Part shown: piece after piece, positions 8,014 to 16,921 of the stretch
Layout: every line of letters starts with the position of its first letter
Position numbering within the stretch: the stretch's first letter is position 1
NCBI RefSeq assembly: GCF_043950625.1
Contig: NZ_CP171007.1
Source of the DNA: Alkanindiges sp. WGS2144
GTDB lineage: Bacteria > Pseudomonadota > Gammaproteobacteria > Pseudomonadales > Moraxellaceae
Direction: 5' to 3' (one strand)
DNA length: 32,000 nucleotides
Translations under genes and position numbers: made by a program
The notes under the pieces: generated by a model
Databases searched by the model: none
Told to the model about the DNA's origin: nothing
What the model saw: the letters and a program-made list of their open reading frames with translations, nothing else

Positions 8014-8772
8014 ATGAATAAAAAGCCATCTATTGGCAGTTATACCTGGACAACGCTTAGCAATGGCAAGCTCAGCATGAAAGAGAAATTAAGTTTGATT
8101 AACCAGATCATGGCACCCAGCATGCAGCAGTTCATGACTACTGCGCTGCGTCTGGATAAAAGTAAGCGCAAGCTTCAGTTTGACGATATTGCCGTGCCGG
8201 ATACATTGTTTGTCAAGGAAGCCATGGGAGAGCTGGAACACTATGCCACACCTACGCTTATTGCTCATTCGTGGCGCACCTATTACTGGGGTGCTGCTTT
8301 TGGTTTAATGAGACAGCAGGATTTTGATCCTGAAATGCTATTGATTGGCTGTTTATTACATGATCTTGGCTTAACGGCAGATCATGCCAGTCCGGAGTGT
8401 GGCTGCTTTACCCTGGCAAGTGCAAAAGCGGCTAACACATGGAGCCAGAAGGTAGGTTATCCGAATGAAAAAGCCGAGCTAGTAGCAGACATGATTTGCC
8501 TGCATATGAATGGTCATCTGGAACACAATGCGCGTATTGAAAGCCGTTTGCTTCAGCAAGGCGCATCCTGTGATGTGATTGGTGCAGGATATTATCAGCT
8601 TTATGAAGACTACCGCAATAAAGTATTACAGCAGTATCCACGACAGGATTTTAATCGGGTCTTTAGTCAATTACTGGCACAAGAAGCCAAGCAAAGACCA
8701 CATTCCAGAACGGCATTGCTAAGGCAACTGGGCTTGCCATTAATGATCCGGCTCAATCCATTTAAGCAATAA
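8014..8772 (+). CDS. HD-domain metal-dependent hydrolase (cyanamide-hydratase-like HD family)
   Basis: It has the H...HD pattern AHSWRTYYWG ... CLLHDLGL ... LHMNGH. An AAGGA Shine-Dalgarno at 8001-8005 precedes GTG 8011 and ATG 8014. Confidence 0.7.
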   Translation: MNKKPSIGSYTWTTLSNGKLSMKEKLSLINQIMAPSMQQFMTTALRLDKSKRKLQFDDIAVPDTLFVKEAMGELEHYATPTLIAHSWRTYYWGAAFGLMRQQDFDPEMLLIGCLLHDLGLTADHASPECGCFTLASAKAANTWSQKVGYPNEKAELVADMICLHMNGHLEHNARIESRLLQQGASCDVIGAGYYQLYEDYRNKVLQQYPRQDFNRVFSQLLAQEAKQRPHSRTALLRQLGLPLMIRLNPFKQ

Positions 8773-8785
8773 GGTAAATCAATAT

Positions 8786-9652
8786 ATGCAGGATGTTCAA
8801 TACGCAAAAAACACCGGACAGTTTATGTTTAAGCCGGGGATGATGGTTCAGGTTCAGCGCTATGTCAGCAATCACAACCGTCGTGACAGGGTAATTATTT
8901 TGCTACCCGCTATCGGTGTGGCAGTCAGTAAATACAGCCGGTTGGTTGAGCAGTTATTAAGTCAGGGCTTTGATGTCGTTACCGCAGATTATCCCGGCTG
9001 TGGTGAAAACCGGCCTTTGGTTAGCCGAAGTTATGATTATAATTATGCCGATTTACTACAGCATTTTATTCCCAAACTTATTGAACGGATACCGGAATCC
9101 TTAAGCCAACCGCCGGTCTTGTTAGGCCATAGTTTGGGCGGACATTTAGCCAGTTTGTATGCAAGCAAGACTGGGGACACGGGACCTGCTGGCACTGGCC
9201 ATCAGGTGAGTGTGATTGCTGTGGCGTCAGGCAACATCAGCCATAAAAACTGGCAGGGTCGTGCCCGCTTTAGCATTTTATCGGCAGCCGTGCTATTTAG
9301 AAGTATGGTCGCATTATATGGTTATTTTCCCGGTCGTAAGGTGGGTTTTGGTAATCGTGAGGCCGGCGGTATTATGCGGGATTGGTGCACTACAGTATTT
9401 ACAGGGAATTATCGGCATATTATTGCAGGTTATCTACCATCAATGCAGAAGAACCTGTTTATTCATATGCAAGGAGATGACTGGGCACCACTGGCCTCAA
9501 CCCGCCACTTGGCTGAATTGTTTGTACAGCCACAGTTGATTACGCTTGATCCACCAGCTGATTTAAAAGGTAACGCACATAGCAGCTGGATTAAGCAGCC
9601 CGGTTTTGTGGTGGATAAAATTGTGTCTTATCTGGAAGACGGTCGATTATAG
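8786..9652 (+). CDS. Alpha/beta hydrolase (paralog of 3688-4575)
   Basis: It has the nucleophile elbow GHSLGG. It is collinear by eye with 3688-4575 (DYPGCGEN vs DYRGIGQS; VIAVASGN vs VVAVAGST; MRDWC vs WADWC). It starts 13 nt after the HD gene. Confidence 0.8.
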   Translation: MQDVQYAKNTGQFMFKPGMMVQVQRYVSNHNRRDRVIILLPAIGVAVSKYSRLVEQLLSQGFDVVTADYPGCGENRPLVSRSYDYNYADLLQHFIPKLIERIPESLSQPPVLLGHSLGGHLASLYASKTGDTGPAGTGHQVSVIAVASGNISHKNWQGRARFSILSAAVLFRSMVALYGYFPGRKVGFGNREAGGIMRDWCTTVFTGNYRHIIAGYLPSMQKNLFIHMQGDDWAPLASTRHLAELFVQPQLITLDPPADLKGNAHSSWIKQPGFVVDKIVSYLEDGRL

Positions 9653-9660
9653 TTTAAACT

Positions 9661-10293
9661 TTAAGCCGCGTAGGCTTTTACAAACAGGCCAATGGCGTCC
9701 TGCGCTAGCTGTTGTTGCTGCGCACTATCCGGCGCGACTTCAATCCCAAACATTACCCGCATATGCCGGTGCCCACATAGCAGGCTTAAAAAATACTCGG
9801 CCGCTTGCTGGTAGTTATTAATACTTAGCTTGTGCTGGGCATGCGCCTGTTCAAGCAAGCGGGTCATGTGGCTGAGTACCCGTGCCGCACCCGCCTGATA
9901 AAAATTATGCACCAGTCCAGGGTTTTGCTGGGTCATGCTGCACATGAGGCGATGCAACTCCAGCCCTTCGCGACTATAAATAATACTTTGAAACCGGGTG
10001 GCAATTTTAAGCAGGGCAGCTTCAATGGCCATATCGGCTTTTAGGTCAAAATCCAGTGCCGGTAACTGGTGATCACAGTGATTTTCCACCGCTGCCACAA
10101 ACAGGTTTTCCTTGTCCTGAAAGTGGTTATACACCGTGAGTTTGGACACCCCGGCTGCCAGGGCAATGGCGTCCATGCTGCTGCCTTCATAACCAAACTG
10201 TAAAAACAGATCTTTGGCCGCTAACAAAATAGCCTAGCGTTTGATCAGATCCTTGGGGCGGCCGGGCAGGGCAGTTGCACGCGTAGTAGGCAT
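9661..10293 (-). pseudogene. TetR-family repressor interrupted by an in-frame TAG at codon 20 (plus-strand cta 10234-10236)
   Basis: Reading from ATG (10293-10291) gives MPTTRATALPGRPKDLIKR*AILLAAKDLFLQFGYEGSSMDAIALAAGVSKLTVYNHFQDKENLF. This is a canonical TetR N-terminus broken by one stop. The ORF-track version restarts at TTG 10227. Confidence 0.75.
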
Positions 10294-10355
10294 AAGAAGG
10301 GTTTATTCAGTGTTTAAATAATTTAAAGATTGTACCTGAATTAAGGCATCGGTTG

Positions 10356-10370
10356 ATTTACTTTAATTTA
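10356..10370 (+). promoter_or_regulatory. 15-nt element ATTTACTTTAATTTA in the RND operon leader, identical to 3212-3226
   Basis: It is an exact 15/15 match to the marR leader element and ends 23 nt before ORF start 10394. Confidence 0.3.
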
Positions 10371-10393
10371 TAAACTGATTAGTATAAAAATTA

Positions 10394-11638
10394 ATGAATG
10401 TTACCAAAAGAACACGAAGCATGCGTGATCGCTCTTATTTTGCTCAAACGGAAACTACGCCGTCCTGGTCTTTGACTGTCTGGCGCCAGCAGGGACTAGC
10501 GTTGTCATTATTGATGATACTGGTAGCCGCAATCAGTGCCTGCCAAAAGCAGGAAGCCGCGCCGCCAGCGCCCCGCACCGTGATGGTGGCACAGCCACAG
10601 CAGGCTGGTGTTACGCAAAACAGTTATTCCGGTGAAGTGCGTGCCCGACAGGAAACCGATTTGTCCTTTCGCGTGGGCGGCAAAATAACCCAGCGTCTGG
10701 TTGAAGTAGGCGACCGGGTGAGTAGTCATCAGGTACTGGCCAAACTTGACCCCACCGATGCCAACCTGCAACTGGGTGCCGCGCGTGCCCAGCTGGAAAG
10801 TGCCCAGTCTGCCGAGCGTACCTTGAAGGCTGATCTGGAGCGTTATCGCCAGTTGTTACCTAGCAATGCCATTAGCCGCTCGCAGTTTGACCAGATTGAA
10901 AACCAGTACAAAACTGCCCGCAGCAATGTACAGCAGGCACAGGCCAATCTTGAAGTGGTCAGCAATCAGGCCAGTTATGCCATTTTGAGCAGCAATAAAA
11001 GCGGCGTGATCGTGGCGCGCAATATTGAAGTGGGGCAGGTGGTGAGTGCTGGTCAACCAGCATACCGTCTGGCCATTGATGGCGAGCGTGAAGTGTTGAT
11101 TGGCGTGCCAGAGCAGGTCATTGACCAGTTTAAATTGCGCCAGCCGGTGCAGGTGTCCTTATGGTCAAGCCCGGATCAGCGCTTGGCTGCTTATGTACGA
11201 GAAATTGCCCCAGCGGCGGATGCCTCGCGTACTTTTGCGGTGCGGGTGGCATTTAACAATCCGCAAGCGCCAGTAAAAATTGGTCAAAGTGCGCGGGTGT
11301 TTGTCAGTAGCACCCAGCATGATACGGCTTTACAGGTACCGTTGGCAGCCATTACTGCCGAGCAGCAGCAAAGCTATGTGTTGGTGTTTAATCCGGTAAA
11401 TAGCACCCTGGTTAAAAAACCAGTCAAAATTGGTGCTTACGGACAAAACAGCGTGCCGGTACTGGCAGGCTTAAGTGCGCAGGACTGGGTGGTGATTGGC
11501 GGGGTGCATTTGCTGCAAGCCGGACAAAAAGTACAGGCGGTTAACCGCGACAATCAACCGGTTACTCAGTCTGTCACTGGCCAGCTTAACACGAGCCAGC
11601 CAGTCCCTGTTGCCAATCGCTCTGCCGGGAAGCCTTGA
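10394..11638 (+). CDS. RND efflux periplasmic adaptor (membrane fusion protein), lipoprotein; start uncertain
   Basis: It has the lipobox VAAISAC, a coiled-coil hairpin segment (LQLGAARAQLESAQSAERTLKADLERYRQL ... ARSNVQQAQANLE) and beta-barrel regions. Its stop codon (11636-11638) lies 2 nt before the permease ATG at 11641, so the two are tightly packed. Confidence 0.9.
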   Translation: MNVTKRTRSMRDRSYFAQTETTPSWSLTVWRQQGLALSLLMILVAAISACQKQEAAPPAPRTVMVAQPQQAGVTQNSYSGEVRARQETDLSFRVGGKITQRLVEVGDRVSSHQVLAKLDPTDANLQLGAARAQLESAQSAERTLKADLERYRQLLPSNAISRSQFDQIENQYKTARSNVQQAQANLEVVSNQASYAILSSNKSGVIVARNIEVGQVVSAGQPAYRLAIDGEREVLIGVPEQVIDQFKLRQPVQVSLWSSPDQRLAAYVREIAPAADASRTFAVRVAFNNPQAPVKIGQSARVFVSSTQHDTALQVPLAAITAEQQQSYVLVFNPVNSTLVKKPVKIGAYGQNSVPVLAGLSAQDWVVIGGVHLLQAGQKVQAVNRDNQPVTQSVTGQLNTSQPVPVANRSAGKP

Positions 11639-11640
11639 TC

Positions 11641-14600
11641 ATGCGTTTTAATTTATCCGAATGGGCGCTAAGCAACCGGGCACTGGTGCTGTTTTTTATG
11701 ATTTTGCTGGCACTGGTAGGCTTTGTGTCCTATAGCAAGCTGGGGCAAAGCGAAGACCCACCGTTTACCTTTAAGGTGATGGTGGTGCAAACCTACTGGC
11801 CGGGCGCCACGGCCGAGCAGGTATCTTTGCAGGTCACTGACCGTATTGAAAAAAAGCTAATGGAAACCGGCGAGTTTGAAAAAATCATTGCTTATTCGCG
11901 TCCCGGTGAATCCACCATTACCTTTATGGCGCGTGATTCGCTGCGCTCCAAGGATATTCCTGATCTGTGGTACAACGTGCGCAAAAAAGTGGGGGACATC
12001 AAACAAACCCTGCCGGTTGGCGTACAGGGGCCGTATTTTAATGATGAGTTTGGCGATACTTTTGGCAATATTTATGTGCTGACCGGGCAGGATTTTGATT
12101 ATGCCGTGCTCAAGGAATACGCCGACCGTCTGCAATTGCAACTGCAACGTGTTAAGGATGTGGGCAAGGTCGAGCTGGTGGGTTTGCAGGATGAAAAAAT
12201 CTGGATTGAGCTGTCCAATACCAAAGCCGTCAATTTAGGCTTGCCGCTACAGGCAGTGCAGCAGGCATTAGAAGCACAAAATGCCATTGTCCCTGCTGGT
12301 TATTTTGAAACGCCTACTGATCGTATTCAGCTTCGGGTCAGTGGTCAGTTTCAGTCCATTGATGACATTAAACACATGCCAATTGAGGTGGCCGGCCGTA
12401 CCATTCGCTTAATGGATGTGGCCGAGGTGCATCGCGGCTTTAGTGATCCGGCGCAGCCTCGTATGCGCTTTATGGGTGAAAACGGCATTGGTATTAGCGT
12501 TGCCATGAAAAAAGGCGGCGATATTTTAGCCTTGGGTAAAAACCTGCAAGCTGAATTTGCCCGCTTGCAGGATACCTTGCCGGTTGGCATGAGCTTGAGC
12601 AAAGTATCGGATCAGCCTGCCGCCGTGAAAGAAAGCGTGGGTGAGTTTGTTAAGGTGCTGGCTGAGGCCATTACCATTGTTTTAATTGTCAGCTTTTTTT
12701 CATTGGGTTTTCGCACCGGTCTGGTGGTGGCATTTTCCATTCCCTTAGTACTGGCCATGACCTTTGCGGTGATGAATTATTTTGACGTCGGTCTGCATAA
12801 AATTTCCTTAGGTGCCCTGGTACTCGCGTTAGGATTACTGGTGGATGACGCCATTATTGCGGTGGAAATGATGGCCATTAAAATGGAGCAGGGTTTTAGC
12901 CGCATTAAAGCCGCCGGTTTTATGTGGCAAAGCACCGCCTTTCCCATGCTCACTGGCACCTTGATTACTGCCGCAGGTTTTTTACCCATTGCTACGGCGC
13001 AATCCAGTACTGGTGAATACACCCGCTCCATTTTTGAAGTGGTGACCATTGCCTTACTGGTATCGTGGGTGGCCGCAGTGATGTTTGTGCCGTATCTGGG
13101 CGAAAAATTGCTGCCGGACATGCATAACCAGCATGGACAATTAAGCTGGTATCAGCGTTTATGGCTAAGGTTTAAGCGTAAAGAGCAGATGCCACAAGAA
13201 CAGCCAGCGACGCCTGAGCCAGAAGTAACCGTATATGCACCCGTTTCATCTGCTACCAGCGAGGCAGTGCATGATCCCTATGCGACGCCGTTTTATCAGC
13301 GTTTTCGCCGTTTGGTGCAACTTTGCGTGCGCTACCGTAAAACCGTGATTGCCATTACTGTGGCGGCATTTGTGGCGTCCATAGCTTTGTTTGGACTGGT
13401 ACAGCAGCAGTTTTTTCCGCCGTCTAACCGTTTAGAGATTATGGTGGATTTAAAACTGGCCGAAGGGGCATCGCTTAAAGCCACTGAGGGCCAGGTCGCC
13501 AAGCTTGAAAAACTGCTGAAGAACCACCCCGGCATTGATAATTATGTGGCGTATGTGGGCACCGGCTCACCACGGTTTTATTTGCCGCTGGATCAGCAAA
13601 TGCCGCAAGCCAGCTTTGCCCAGTTTGTGGTGCTGGCTAAAAGCATGCAAGACCGTGATGCGCTGAAACAATGGCTGAGCACTACCTTAAATAACCAGTT
13701 TAGCGATGTGCGCAGCCGGGTGTCCTTACTGGAAAATGGCCCGCCAGTGGGATATCCGGTGCAATTTCGGGTATCCGGTGAAGATATTGCTCAGGTACGG
13801 CACATTGCTCGTCAGGTGTCAGCCAAGGTGTCTGAGAATCCTCATGTGACCAATGTGCATCTGGACTGGCAGGAACCCAGCAAGGTGATTTACCTGGATA
13901 TTGATCAGGATCGCGCCCGCGCTTTGGGCGTGGATAGCAGCAATCTGGCGCAGTTTTTACAGTTTGCCATGACTGGTATGGACATTAGCCAATACCGTGA
14001 AAAACGCGAACTAATCCAGATTCGCATTCGTGGTACTGCACAGGAACGCGCGCAGGTGGAATCGCTGGCCAGTCTTGCTGTACCCACCAGCAATGGTGGC
14101 AGCATACCACTGGCACAAATTGCCAAGCTGAACTATGGTTCTGAAGAAGGCATTATCTGGCATCGTAACCGCTTGCCTACCGTGACTGTGCGTGCTGATA
14201 TCCGCGGTAACCAGCAGCCGGTCACGTTAGTGAACCAGATTTCACCTACTTTAGATGGCATTCGTCAGGCATTGCCCAGTGGTTATTTGCTGGACGTGGG
14301 TGGCACGGTGGAAGACTCTGCCCGTGGGCAAGCATCGGTCAATGCCGGTATGCCGCTATTTTTGGTAGTGGTGATGACCTTGCTCATGCTCCAGCTACGC
14401 AGTATTTCGCGTAGCCTGATTGTGATGCTCACTGCGCCGCTGGGTTTGATCGGCGTGGTACTGTTTTTGCTACTACTCAATAAGCCATTTGGTTTTGTGG
14501 CCATGCTAGGCACCATTGCGCTATCGGGCATGATTATGCGTAACTCGCTGATATTAATTGACCAGATTGAGCAGGATATTGCAGCGGGGGCAAGTCCGTA

Positions 14601-14826
14601 TCAGGCCATTAGTGAAGCCACCGTGCGGCGCTTTCGGCCCATTGTGCTCACGGCACTGGCGGCCGTATTTGCCATGATTCCACTGTCACGCAGTATTTTC
14701 TTTGGCCCGATGGCGGTATCTATTATGGGTGGTCTGATTGTCGCTACTGCGTTAACCCTATTATTTTTACCGGCGCTGTATGCGGCATGGTTTAAGGTAA
14801 AACCACCGCAAAATTCGATGCACTAA
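11641..14826 (+). CDS. RND efflux permease (AcrB/HAE-type inner-membrane transporter)
   Basis: It is about 1060 aa with the N-terminus MRFNLSEWAL. It shows two six-TM bundles with large periplasmic loops and the conserved GLLVDDAIIAVE segment. Confidence 0.95.
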   Translation: MRFNLSEWALSNRALVLFFMILLALVGFVSYSKLGQSEDPPFTFKVMVVQTYWPGATAEQVSLQVTDRIEKKLMETGEFEKIIAYSRPGESTITFMARDSLRSKDIPDLWYNVRKKVGDIKQTLPVGVQGPYFNDEFGDTFGNIYVLTGQDFDYAVLKEYADRLQLQLQRVKDVGKVELVGLQDEKIWIELSNTKAVNLGLPLQAVQQALEAQNAIVPAGYFETPTDRIQLRVSGQFQSIDDIKHMPIEVAGRTIRLMDVAEVHRGFSDPAQPRMRFMGENGIGISVAMKKGGDILALGKNLQAEFARLQDTLPVGMSLSKVSDQPAAVKESVGEFVKVLAEAITIVLIVSFFSLGFRTGLVVAFSIPLVLAMTFAVMNYFDVGLHKISLGALVLALGLLVDDAIIAVEMMAIKMEQGFSRIKAAGFMWQSTAFPMLTGTLITAAGFLPIATAQSSTGEYTRSIFEVVTIALLVSWVAAVMFVPYLGEKLLPDMHNQHGQLSWYQRLWLRFKRKEQMPQEQPATPEPEVTVYAPVSSATSEAVHDPYATPFYQRFRRLVQLCVRYRKTVIAITVAAFVASIALFGLVQQQFFPPSNRLEIMVDLKLAEGASLKATEGQVAKLEKLLKNHPGIDNYVAYVGTGSPRFYLPLDQQMPQASFAQFVVLAKSMQDRDALKQWLSTTLNNQFSDVRSRVSLLENGPPVGYPVQFRVSGEDIAQVRHIARQVSAKVSENPHVTNVHLDWQEPSKVIYLDIDQDRARALGVDSSNLAQFLQFAMTGMDISQYREKRELIQIRIRGTAQERAQVESLASLAVPTSNGGSIPLAQIAKLNYGSEEGIIWHRNRLPTVTVRADIRGNQQPVTLVNQISPTLDGIRQALPSGYLLDVGGTVEDSARGQASVNAGMPLFLVVVMTLLMLQLRSISRSLIVMLTAPLGLIGVVLFLLLLNKPFGFVAMLGTIALSGMIMRNSLILIDQIEQDIAAGASPYQAISEATVRRFRPIVLTALAAVFAMIPLSRSIFFGPMAVSIMGGLIVATALTLLFLPALYAAWFKVKPPQNSMH

Positions 14827-14842
14827 TTTTTGCATTAGGTCA

Positions 14843-14890
14843 CACATCAATCATTTAACTGTGAATTGATGGGTGATGTGCGGTTTTTTT
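14843..14890 (+). terminator. Probable rho-independent terminator after the RND operon
   Basis: The stem cacatca (14843-14849) pairs with tgatgtg (14874-14880) and is followed by cggttttttt. Confidence 0.5.
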
Positions 14891-14957
14891 CAGGTTTGCA
14901 CAGAACAGGTTTTTGCTTAGACTGTGCCGATGGAAAAAAGATAACTCTGGGATTGCT

Positions 14958-15329
14958 ATGGTAACAAGTCGCGCAATATCTCAACAGCAATGGGTAGCAA
15001 TCAACTATGCTGGAATGTTGTTGTCTTTGCTATTGGGCGTGACAATTTTATTTTCGTTGTGGTCTAGCCAGCATTTTTTAAATCAGTCTCAGGATGTCTG
15101 GCTACGCGCTCACCAGCTATGGATTATGCGTAGCTGTGCCGGATTTTTGGTATTGCTGCTTCTGGTTGCCATGTTGTTGCTTCCCCTGTTGTGGGTGCCA
15201 GTGCAACAGGGCATCGGCCTGTATTGTGCCATGATTGCCCTGGTGGTTGCAGTGCTTTCCTGGATATGGTTATTGTACCGTAGTGTGCAGGGTTTACACT
15301 GCTTTATAAAAGGTAAAGCGATTTATTAA
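14958..15329 (+). CDS. Small integral membrane protein, unknown function
   Basis: It is 123 aa from ATG 14958 with 3-4 hydrophobic spans (LLSLLLGVTILFSLW, FLVLLLLVAMLLLPLLW, IALVVAVLSWIWLLY). Confidence 0.55.
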   Translation: MVTSRAISQQQWVAINYAGMLLSLLLGVTILFSLWSSQHFLNQSQDVWLRAHQLWIMRSCAGFLVLLLLVAMLLLPLLWVPVQQGIGLYCAMIALVVAVLSWIWLLYRSVQGLHCFIKGKAIY

Positions 15330-15341
15330 GCCAGTGTTGAA

Positions 15342-16658
15342 TTACTGGGTTGGTGAAACCCGCCAGATAATATTACCTACATCATCGGCTACCAGTATGC
15401 CGCCTGCTTTATCAACTGCTACACCCACTGGCCGTCCTAAAGCATCTCCATTGTCATTCACAAAACCAGTGAGTACATCTTGTGGCTGTCCTGCGGGTTG
15501 TCCATTTTGAAAGGGCACAAAAACGACTTTATAGCCGCTACGGGGTTTACGGTTCCAGGAGCCATGTTGTCCTACCAGGGCGCCATTGGCAAACTGTGGC
15601 ATTAACTGGCCGTTATAAAAGGTCAATCCCAGTGATGCAGTATGGGCACCCAGTGCATAATCAGGCTTAAGGGCTTTGGCCACCATCGCCGGATTTTGCG
15701 GTTTTATACGTTCATCCACATGCTGACCATAATAGCTGTAAGGCCAGCCATAAAAACCGCCATCCTGCACCGAGGTCATGTAATCCGGCACCAGATCATT
15801 ACCAATTTCATCACGCTCATTCACTGCTATCCACAGCGCACCACTTTGCGGCTGCCAACCCATTCCGTTAGGATTACGCAGGCCAGTCGCAAAAGGCCGC
15901 GCCTGACCGGTTGCAATATCAAACTCCAGAATACGCGCCCGGTTCTGTTCCTGGTCCAGTCCATTTTCACCGACATTACTGTTGGAACCGACGGTAATAT
16001 AAAGTTTAGTGCTCTGGGGATTTGCAATGACATTTTTAGTCCAGTGATGATTAATGGTACCAGCCGGCAAATTCAGCACTTTGGTTCCTGTACTTTGAAT
16101 ACTGGTTGCGCCAGTTTGATAGGGAAAACGCATTAAGGCATCTGTATTGGCGACATAGAAATAATTACCCACCAGCGTCATGCCAAATGGTGAGCGCAGG
16201 TTTTGCAAAAATATGGATTTTTGATCGGCAATACCATCACTATCGGTGTCACGCAATAAGCTGATCCGGTTGGCGCTTGGTGTGGCAGAACCCGCACGCT
16301 TCATCACCAGTTTCATGAGCTTACCTTTGATACCTTTGCTGTCATCCGGTTTTGGTGGTGCATTGGTTTCAGCCACTAACACATCGCCATTGGGTAATAC
16401 ATAGAGCCAGCGTGGATGGTCAAGCCCGGCAGCAAAAGGTTGTACTTTTAAACCAGCCGCTGGTATGGGCATTGTTCCTGTAGGCCAGCCTTTGGCAGGT
16501 GCAATGTGTACAGTGGGAATAAGCTGTTTTTTGGGTTCTGGCAAGACGGGTTGTGGGCCATAACTGCTATGAATCGGCTGTTTGCTGCTATGAGCGCAGC
16601 CTGTTAATGTAAATGCAACAGTACATCCGGCAACAACAAATAAATGCTTGGTATGCAT
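15342..16658 (-). CDS. PQQ-dependent sugar (glucose/sorbosone-type) dehydrogenase, lipoprotein
   Basis: It has the lipobox FTLTGC. Its beta-propeller family pattern includes RISLLRDTDSDGIAD, the GLRNPNGMGW motif and GRPVGVAVDKAGGILVADD. Confidence 0.8.
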   Translation of the reverse strand: MHTKHLFVVAGCTVAFTLTGCAHSSKQPIHSSYGPQPVLPEPKKQLIPTVHIAPAKGWPTGTMPIPAAGLKVQPFAAGLDHPRWLYVLPNGDVLVAETNAPPKPDDSKGIKGKLMKLVMKRAGSATPSANRISLLRDTDSDGIADQKSIFLQNLRSPFGMTLVGNYFYVANTDALMRFPYQTGATSIQSTGTKVLNLPAGTINHHWTKNVIANPQSTKLYITVGSNSNVGENGLDQEQNRARILEFDIATGQARPFATGLRNPNGMGWQPQSGALWIAVNERDEIGNDLVPDYMTSVQDGGFYGWPYSYYGQHVDERIKPQNPAMVAKALKPDYALGAHTASLGLTFYNGQLMPQFANGALVGQHGSWNRKPRSGYKVVFVPFQNGQPAGQPQDVLTGFVNDNGDALGRPVGVAVDKAGGILVADDVGNIIWRVSPTQ

Positions 16659-16847
16659 GGTAGCTCTCCTGATTATTATTTTCCTAATGTAAGTTTTTGA
16701 TTAAAAATTAATCGTGTTTGTCCTGTTGCATCTGGTTGAGGATTGGTTACGACCCAGATTGACAGTAGCGCTTTTAATAAAAATACTATTTATCAGTCTG
16801 ATAGAGGGTGTGGACGGCTACAAAAATTAAAAAAACTAAAATTAGCG

Positions 16848-16876
16848 CTTGCAAAATCAAAATAACGCCCCAAGAT
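16848..16876 (+). promoter_or_regulatory. Sigma-32-like heat-shock promoter upstream of dnaJ
   Basis: CTTGCAA (16848-16854), a 13-nt spacer and CCCCAAGAT (16868-16876) resemble the E. coli sigma-32 consensus CTTGAAA-N13/14-CCCCATNT. Confidence 0.5.
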
Positions 16877-16921
16877 TAGCCGCAATTGTTCAATTGATTT
16901 TGGTTAGGAGTTATGCCACCC

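Noticed and set aside
11857-14531. Many 62-114 aa ORFs, mostly antisense and one same-strand out-of-frame (11876-12082), within the RND permease
   Set aside because: They overlap a continuous 1061-aa transporter gene and have Ser/Cys/Ala-rich mirror composition.
15482-16136. The 164-aa + strand ORF at 15642-16136 and neighbours opposite the PQQ dehydrogenase
   Set aside because: They are antisense to a well-supported 438-aa gene and have no start context or recognisable motifs.
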